This document shows positions 58,096 to 64,000 of a stretch of DNA of 64,000 nucleotides, piece after piece. How positions within the stretch are numbered: position 1 is the stretch's first letter; every line of letters starts with the position of its first letter. The translations under genes were made by a program, and so were the position numbers. Under the pieces are notes generated by a model. It did no database searches. It was given only the letters and a program-made list of their open reading frames with translations, and was not told where the DNA came from. Origin of the DNA: Deferribacterales bacterium (GTDB lineage Bacteria; Chrysiogenota; Deferribacteres; Deferribacterales; Geovibrionaceae); the NCBI GenBank assembly GCA_050253075.1, contig JBFWJS010000001.1, forward strand, positions 576,001-640,000, given 5' to 3'.

Positions 58096-58355
58096 GGTTA
58101 ACTCCTTAGCGTAAAGCTCTAAAGGTCACAAAGCATCCTTTGAGTGGATGCTGCTATCTATAGTATACCACTTGAATAGCTTTTCGCATGAAAAAGTTTA
58201 AATGCTAATTTTTATATATAACAAACAGTTAGGTTAATTAATAATAAATATCAAATGAACATAAGTTCTATTTAGCTTGTATTAAAGACACTTTTTGCTG
58301 TTGTGTTCCCTTTTGAAAATTTATAGAATATTAAATAAATCAGCGGAGGTTTCTT

Positions 58356-58766
58356 ATGGATTGTATTTTTTGCAAGATTATCGCAGGCGAGATACCCTGC
58401 AGCAAGGTTTACGAAGACACTCTCTTCATCGCTTTCCTCGATATCAATCCCGTACATAAGGGGCATCTGCTCATCGTTCCCAAGAGACATTTCGTAAACA
58501 TGCTCGACACGCCAGATGTGGAAGCTGTTGAGATTTATAAGGTCGCCCGTGATCTGGGCAAGGCTGTGATGGAGGCGACAGGATGTGACGGGGTGAACCT
58601 TGTGCAGAACAACAACGCCGCCGCAGGACAGGAAGTTTTCCACTCGCACCTGCACATCATCCCCAGATATGAAGACGACGGACTGCACTTCGCCTCTATA
58701 AAGAAGGAGTACGACAGCTTCGACGAAATGGGCGAAATGGCAGAAAAGATCAAAAACGCATTATAA
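58356..58766 (+). CDS. HIT-family protein
   Basis: CIFCKI, AFLDINP, GQEVFHSHLHIIPR motifs. Confidence 0.95.
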   Translation: MDCIFCKIIAGEIPCSKVYEDTLFIAFLDINPVHKGHLLIVPKRHFVNMLDTPDVEAVEIYKVARDLGKAVMEATGCDGVNLVQNNNAAAGQEVFHSHLHIIPRYEDDGLHFASIKKEYDSFDEMGEMAEKIKNAL

Positions 58767-58848
58767 ATAAACGCTTAGGATGAGCTTTGCTTTTAACAAA
58801 GCGACCGACCAAATTATTTTCTAGGACAGAAAATAAATCTAACTAATT

Positions 58849-58945
58849 GGGGGAGTTTGGGATGCTGGTGCACCCCACGGTCTTCAAAACCGATTGTGAC
58901 GGGTTCTGCTCGTCAGGCAGGTTCGATTCCTGTGCTCCTCCGCCA
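58849..58945 (+). tRNA. selC: tRNA-Sec (anticodon TCA)
   Basis: 8-bp acceptor stem, anticodon arm CGGT-CTTCAAA-ACCG, long variable arm, GTTCGATTC, GCCA end, 97 nt. Confidence 0.95.
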
Positions 58946-58960
58946 ATAATATTCTGATCT

Positions 58961-59075
58961 GTAACATATGTGTTACTTAATTTTATTTAAGTAACATAAT
59001 ATGGCTAAAATGTTACTTATTTTCATATCTCTCCTTGCAAATAACATATGTGTTACATATTATAATTTAAGTAAC
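58961..59075. repeat. GTAAC/GTTAC dyad array upstream of fic
   Basis: TAACATATGTGTTAC...ATTTAAGTAAC at 58962-58995 and 59042-59075. Inverted pair at 58988-59019. Confidence 0.8.
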
Positions 59076-59108
59076 GTTAAAGTTGAATTATGTTAGTTAG
59101 GTGACGAT

Positions 59109-60272
59109 ATGAATAAGGAAGAAAGAATTGGTAAGTATATTAATGGTTCTTTAGTGGGTGGAGAGTCGTATAGAGCGTATGTCCCCAAACCATTACCTCC
59201 TACACCCGCTATAGAAATGACAGAAATATATCCACTGCTTGATAAAGCCTCTGTTGCCATTGGACGATTAGACGGTATGAGTACTGTTTTGCCTGATATC
59301 ACGTTGTTTCTCTATATGTATGTTCGTAAAGAAGCAGTTTTGTCTTCTCAGATTGAAGGGACACAGTCATCTCTATCTGATCTTCTTATTTATGAGAATG
59401 AAGCTGTTCATGGAATACCGATCGATGATGTTAGTGAAGTTTCAAGCTATGTGTCGGCGATGTTTTATGGTCTCGAAAGACTAAAGACGTTTCCAATGTC
59501 GCTCAGGCTGATCAAAGAAATACATGGAAAATTGATGGCGAACTCCAGAGGCAGCACAAAGCAACCGGGAGAATTTAGGAGATCTCAGAATTGGATAGGA
59601 GGCTCCAGACCTGGAAATGCAAATTTTGTACCTCCTTCTCCCGATAATCTTATGGAGTGTCTCAGTGATTTTGAAAAGTTCCTGCATGATGACAAAGTTG
59701 CTCTGCCCGCTTTGGTTAAGGCCGCATTAGCACATGTGCAGTTTGAGACAATACACCCATTTTTAGACGGAAACGGAAGACTGGGCCGTCTTCTTATTAC
59801 ATTTATTCTTTGTATTGAGGGTTTATTAAAAGAACCTCTCCTTTATTTGAGTTTATATTTTAAAACTCATAGGGATGAGTACTACAGGCTGTTGCAAAAT
59901 GTAAGAGTAAGCGGAGACTGGGAAGAATGGATAAAGTTCTTTTTAGAAGGGGTGATTGAAACGGCTGACCAAGCGACAAAAACCGCAAAAAGTATTTTAC
60001 TGCTTTTTGATAAAGACAGGAAGAAGATTGAAGAATCAGGAAAATCGAATGCTTCAATAATGGCTATACATAATTACATGCAAAATTATCCTATAGTTAG
60101 TACAACAAAGCTCAAAGAAGCATGCAGCATGTCCTTGCCCACAGTGATACGTAATCTGGGCACATTAGAATCTTTGGGCATCGTGAAAGAGGTTACGGGT
60201 AAAGAGAGACATAAGATGTTTGTCTACATCGATTATATATCAGTGCTGAATGAAGGCACTGAAGTTAAATAA
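59109..60272 (+). CDS. Fic-family protein with C-terminal wHTH
   Basis: HPFLDGNGRLGR catalytic motif and N-terminal SSQIEGT inhibitory motif. Confidence 0.95.
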   Translation: MNKEERIGKYINGSLVGGESYRAYVPKPLPPTPAIEMTEIYPLLDKASVAIGRLDGMSTVLPDITLFLYMYVRKEAVLSSQIEGTQSSLSDLLIYENEAVHGIPIDDVSEVSSYVSAMFYGLERLKTFPMSLRLIKEIHGKLMANSRGSTKQPGEFRRSQNWIGGSRPGNANFVPPSPDNLMECLSDFEKFLHDDKVALPALVKAALAHVQFETIHPFLDGNGRLGRLLITFILCIEGLLKEPLLYLSLYFKTHRDEYYRLLQNVRVSGDWEEWIKFFLEGVIETADQATKTAKSILLLFDKDRKKIEESGKSNASIMAIHNYMQNYPIVSTTKLKEACSMSLPTVIRNLGTLESLGIVKEVTGKERHKMFVYIDYISVLNEGTEVK

Positions 60273-60426
60273 TTAGTGCAGGCATCATTGAAGGTTTTGA
60301 TAAAGTAATCAAGACAATCTTCTAATAGGGTGTTTCTTCGCCATTAAATTTTAATCTATCAATTTATCAATATTTTACAGATGTGTCCAAAATGCTTCTG
60401 CCCAAAAGTGGCCTAAGAATGTGCCT

Positions 60427-61500
60427 TTAATTTTCTGCACTAAATCTGAATATATTGTATAGAAATGTATAGATTTCGATGTGTTCTCTAATATAGGTAT
60501 TGCTAAAGCATTCAGGCAGATTCGGGAGTATTGCTTTGGCTAAGCATATGCCTAACTCAACTTTGTGGTGCCCAAGATCAATGCCACTGTCTTGTATCGT
60601 TTGAACATAACTCTGAGTGTTACGTTTCACCATTTCTAAGTATTTTTGACGCTCAGATGGACTGATAAGATTTAATTCAATCATTCCATGTATAAATATT
60701 TCAGGAGGGAAGGCTGACTCAAAATCGTGCTTGAAAAGAAAGAAATCATGTATTAATCCAGAATCCATTAGTTGATTTATATGTGCTGGAATCTCATGTT
60801 TTCCATCTAGGTCTCCTTGTAAAAAGACAGCATAGCCCTGTTCTACTTTATCATCAAATAGCATTCGGATTAATTTCTTAAGCTGACCAGCCCCTTTATA
60901 CGATTTTATTTCGATATCACTAAAACTAAAAGATTTTGATTTTGCTATAGTTTTAAAGAAAGCATGTTCTGACTCTCCTTCTACGAAAAGGTATGTTTTT
61001 TTATGGTGTAGATTAGGGTGATTTTCTAGAATTTTGCTTAGCAAATTTAAATTATCTCGTGAGTGAACGATTGAGGTGATTGCTCTAGCAGCATATGGAC
61101 CATGCCAGCTAAGAAGATCATCATCGTTTAGTGTGCCTATAAATGTAATAGAAGCAACAGTTTGTTTCCAAATATTGATAATGCTTTGTAGCAACTTTGG
61201 TTTTTCAGTATCATTACAGCTGATTAAAGTATCAAAAATTTGTTTGGTGTAATTATTGATATGCTTAATTTCTATTACACATTTAATGTCTTTGCAACGA
61301 TATTTGTTGGCTGGGTGAGGTATTGGATAAGGGCATAATGAATGCATAGGGCATTGGTGGCACTCTGTGTATGAAACTAGATTTTCAACTAAAATGTCTG
61401 AAATTTGTTGGCACGTATATATGCCATTAAAAACAATTGGGGTAATAGTATCTTGGTTGATTATAATATTATTGAGTTTTACTTGTCTCACGTCAGTCAT
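60427..61500 (-). CDS. TOPRIM-like domain protein with Cys-rich N-terminus
   Basis: YLFVEGESE and GDLDG (DxD), plus CHQCPMHSLC...C. Confidence 0.6.
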   Translation of the reverse strand: MTDVRQVKLNNIIINQDTITPIVFNGIYTCQQISDILVENLVSYTECHQCPMHSLCPYPIPHPANKYRCKDIKCVIEIKHINNYTKQIFDTLISCNDTEKPKLLQSIINIWKQTVASITFIGTLNDDDLLSWHGPYAARAITSIVHSRDNLNLLSKILENHPNLHHKKTYLFVEGESEHAFFKTIAKSKSFSFSDIEIKSYKGAGQLKKLIRMLFDDKVEQGYAVFLQGDLDGKHEIPAHINQLMDSGLIHDFFLFKHDFESAFPPEIFIHGMIELNLISPSERQKYLEMVKRNTQSYVQTIQDSGIDLGHHKVELGICLAKAILPNLPECFSNTYIREHIEIYTFLYNIFRFSAEN

Positions 61501-61648
61501 GCTTTGGTACCTATTGTAAATATGACTTGATAACTATACATATTTTAAGTCCATAGTGTTTGTAATTTAATAAAATTAGTTTCACAAAATGTTCTTGGCT
61601 CATCTCTATAGTATTTAAGATTTCCTACACTCCTCCGCCAATAAACCC

Positions 61649-63103
61649 TTACGGTACCATCTTGTTGATGAGGGCTGATTTCAGCTCTTTCAGCTCGTTT
61701 GAGATGCTCACCTTATAAATGTGCGGGTTCAGAAGTCGTTTATATGTGTCGTGCAGGGCGCTTATCTGGCTTTTTGCATAGTCACGAATCTCTTTGACGC
61801 TTCTGCTCTCTTTGGTCACTTTCCCGTCTTTCATCACGTTTTCCAGCAATAGTTCGGCGTGTGCGTATCCGCTTAGTGTCTTGTAAGCGTATTCGATGGA
61901 AGGGTGGTTCAGGCGGATGCTTTTGTTCTCAGCGATGAGTTCTTCGAGCTTCCGGGCATTGTCTTCCAAAAATACCAAATCCCCCATCATAGAGTCGTCA
62001 TAGTCGTAAAATCTGTAAATATTCTTTATCCCCGGGTTAGACATCTTTTCGGGATTGTTGGTCATCTTCATCGTCGGGGTGAAGCTGCCGTCCTTTTCCT
62101 CTTTGGCCGCCAGTTTGTAAACACCTGTGAGTGAAGAGTCTTTATCCGCAGTGACAAGCCTTGTGCCCACGCCGTATGCATTGATACATGCGCCCTCGTG
62201 GTTCATCTGGTCGATAACCCATTCGTCGAGGTCGTTCGAGGCGACTATCTTTGCCTCGGGGAGCCCGTTTGCGTCGAATATCTTCCTCGCCTCTCTGCTG
62301 AGGAAGCTGAGGTCGCCGCTGTCGAGGCGTATGCCATAGTTTTTATGTCCTTTCTCTTTCAGCTTTTTCATGACGACGATGGCGTTCGGCACGCCTGAGT
62401 GGATGGTATCGTATGTGTCTGCCAGCAGGATGCAGTTGTCGGGATAAATCTCTGAGAACGCTTCGAATGCGTCGAGCTCGTTATCAAAGCTCATGACCCA
62501 GCTATGCGCCATAGTGCCGTTTACGGGGATGTCGTACAGCTTTCCCGCTAGTACGTTGGATGTGACAGCCGCCCCGCCTATATAGGCTGCTCTGGATGCG
62601 GATATCGCTCCGTCTGTCCCCTGTGCACGTCTGAGCCCGAATTCCATAACTGCCGCCCCCTTCGCAGACCAGCACACCCTTGCAGCTTTCGTAGCTATAA
62701 GTGTCTGGAAATTAACAAGGTTGAGGAGCAAAGGCTCGATGAGTTGTGTTTCCAGCAGTGTCCCGCTGACACGCACGATAGGCTCATTGGGGAAGACGAC
62801 GCTCCCCTCCTTCACGGCGTAGATATCCCCTGTGAAGCGGAAATCACGCAGATAGTTAAGGAAGGATTCGCTGAAGCATTTAAGCCCTTCGAGGTATGCC
62901 ATGTCTTCGGGTGAAAACTGAAAGTTCTGAACAGCTTCCAGCATCGGCTCTATACCTGCGCAGACTGCATATCCGCCTCCGAAAGGCTGTCTGCGAAAGA
63001 ACATGTCGAATACTGTCCTGCGGTTAAAATTCTGATTGTGGAAACCCTGCATCATCGTCAGTTCGTAAAAGTCAGTGAGCAGGGCGGAGTATGTACATTT
63101 CAT
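61649..63103 (-). CDS. pncB: Nicotinate phosphoribosyltransferase
   Basis: LLTDFYELTM, EFGLRRAQG, GTMAHSW, IRLDSGDL, GVYKL motifs. Confidence 0.96.
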   Translation of the reverse strand: MKCTYSALLTDFYELTMMQGFHNQNFNRRTVFDMFFRRQPFGGGYAVCAGIEPMLEAVQNFQFSPEDMAYLEGLKCFSESFLNYLRDFRFTGDIYAVKEGSVVFPNEPIVRVSGTLLETQLIEPLLLNLVNFQTLIATKAARVCWSAKGAAVMEFGLRRAQGTDGAISASRAAYIGGAAVTSNVLAGKLYDIPVNGTMAHSWVMSFDNELDAFEAFSEIYPDNCILLADTYDTIHSGVPNAIVVMKKLKEKGHKNYGIRLDSGDLSFLSREARKIFDANGLPEAKIVASNDLDEWVIDQMNHEGACINAYGVGTRLVTADKDSSLTGVYKLAAKEEKDGSFTPTMKMTNNPEKMSNPGIKNIYRFYDYDDSMMGDLVFLEDNARKLEELIAENKSIRLNHPSIEYAYKTLSGYAHAELLLENVMKDGKVTKESRSVKEIRDYAKSQISALHDTYKRLLNPHIYKVSISNELKELKSALINKMVP

Positions 63104-63729
63104 TATCTGATACCGCCTGATGATATTATATTTATGCCGTTTTCCTGCATCTGTTTGAGCGCTGCGTCAACATTGCCTGCGGGGAAGTCCACGCCTCGGC
63201 ATGCGTCCGTGATGAGGTAAACATCGAACCCTGCGGACTTCGCATCCGTAGCCGTGTAAAGCACGCAGTAGTCTGTGGCGAGGCCTGTCACGTATACTTT
63301 CTTTATCCCCTTGTCCGTGAGGTATCCTCTCAGCCCTGTTGCAGTCTTCTTATCATTTTCGAGGAAACCAGAGTATGAATCGAGCATGGTCTGTGTGCCC
63401 TTTCTTATCACGACGGAGAACCTGTCCGTGTTCAGATCCTTATGGAAGTCTGCGCCGTCTGTCCCCTGTACGCAGTGGTCAGGCCACATAACCTGGGCTA
63501 TGCCGTCGATGTCTTTCATGTCGTATACTGCCGTGCCTGAGTTGTTCGAAGAAAATGAGCTGTGGTCTGCGGGGTGCCAGTCCTGTGTGGCGACAACGGT
63601 GGTGAAGCTGTCCATAAGCCTGTTTATAACAGGGACAACCATGTCTCCGTCCGTAACGGCGAGCCCGCCCCCGGGGCAGAAGTCGTTCTGAACATCGACA
63701 ACGATCAAAGCAGAATCTTTATCCGGCAT
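63103..63729 (-). CDS. pncA: Nicotinamidase/pyrazinamidase
   Basis: VDVQNDFCPGG, QDWHP, WPDHCVQGT, GLATDYCV motifs. Confidence 0.96.
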   Translation of the reverse strand: MPDKDSALIVVDVQNDFCPGGGLAVTDGDMVVPVINRLMDSFTTVVATQDWHPADHSSFSSNNSGTAVYDMKDIDGIAQVMWPDHCVQGTDGADFHKDLNTDRFSVVIRKGTQTMLDSYSGFLENDKKTATGLRGYLTDKGIKKVYVTGLATDYCVLYTATDAKSAGFDVYLITDACRGVDFPAGNVDAALKQMQENGINIISSGGIR

Positions 63730-63891
63730 AATAACCCTCCTGAGTCTGTGATAATCATTAATACGATTATAGTCGCTTAGAATTTATATGCAAAAGATAA
63801 AATTTGATTAAAAAGCAATATCGGTCAGGATTTCACTGTTTTACCCGTGTATTTTATGCCTAGAATTGAGAAGGTAAGATGCGAGGGTGAC

Positions 63892-64000
63892 GTGGCGGAC
63901 GAAAAGATAAGCAGGGTTTGCGACTATATAGTAAACAATCCGGATGAAGACCTGAGCCTTGAGATGCTCTGTCGTGTGGCGGGCGTGTCAAAGTTTCACT
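63892..64000 (+). CDS. AraC-family regulator, 5' part (runs off window)
   Basis: GTG start after GAGGG, reads MADEKISRVCDYIVNNPDEDLSLEMLCRVAGVSKFH. Confidence 0.8.
   Translation, partial: MADEKISRVCDYIVNNPDEDLSLEMLCRVAGVSKFH

Larger units (their letters stand above)
58935..61644. mobile_element. AT-rich genomic islet at selC 3' end, no integrase
   Basis: CTCCTCCGCCAATAA at 58935-58949 is repeated at 61630-61644, each preceded by TTCCT-N3. Confidence 0.8.

Noticed and set aside
58356..63729. Selenoprotein (UGA readthrough) genes near selC
   Set aside because: No neighbouring gene shows an in-frame TGA interrupting a recognisable domain.

Overview
The window is a bacterial chromosome segment. 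Gene content suggests an anaerobe of the Deferribacterota/Desulfobacterota type (inference only). It has four parts. (1) 1-10128 is a chemosensory operon: CZB-containing MCP, triple-domain CheW, CheB, STAS protein, CheY, HEAT protein, CheR, CheY, and a CheA with two Hpt domains and an MshEN-like motif. (2) 10129-43460 is an apparently complete 33,332-bp transposable prophage with B3/BcepMu-type layout. It has TG...CA ends and a 6-bp target duplication (AGACGA), and it splits a response-regulator gene after codon 7-8. (3) 43461-58766 holds the rest of the signalling operon plus housekeeping, signalling and metal-related genes. (4) tRNA-Sec is followed by a ~2.7-kb integrase-less islet (Fic + TOPRIM-like gene) bounded by a duplicated tRNA 3' end, then pncB, pncA and the start of an AraC gene. 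Three non-coding signals stand out in the prophage. The first is a ~86-nt structured small RNA with its own sigma70 promoter and terminator, sitting where the immunity gene of a MuF-nuclease toxin is expected (candidate RNA antitoxin). The second is an intact type II hammerhead ribozyme with pseudoknot in the early operon. The third is a lambda-type GGGAAAG -1 frameshift in the tail chaperone gene. All domain calls come from motif recognition by eye, not database searches.
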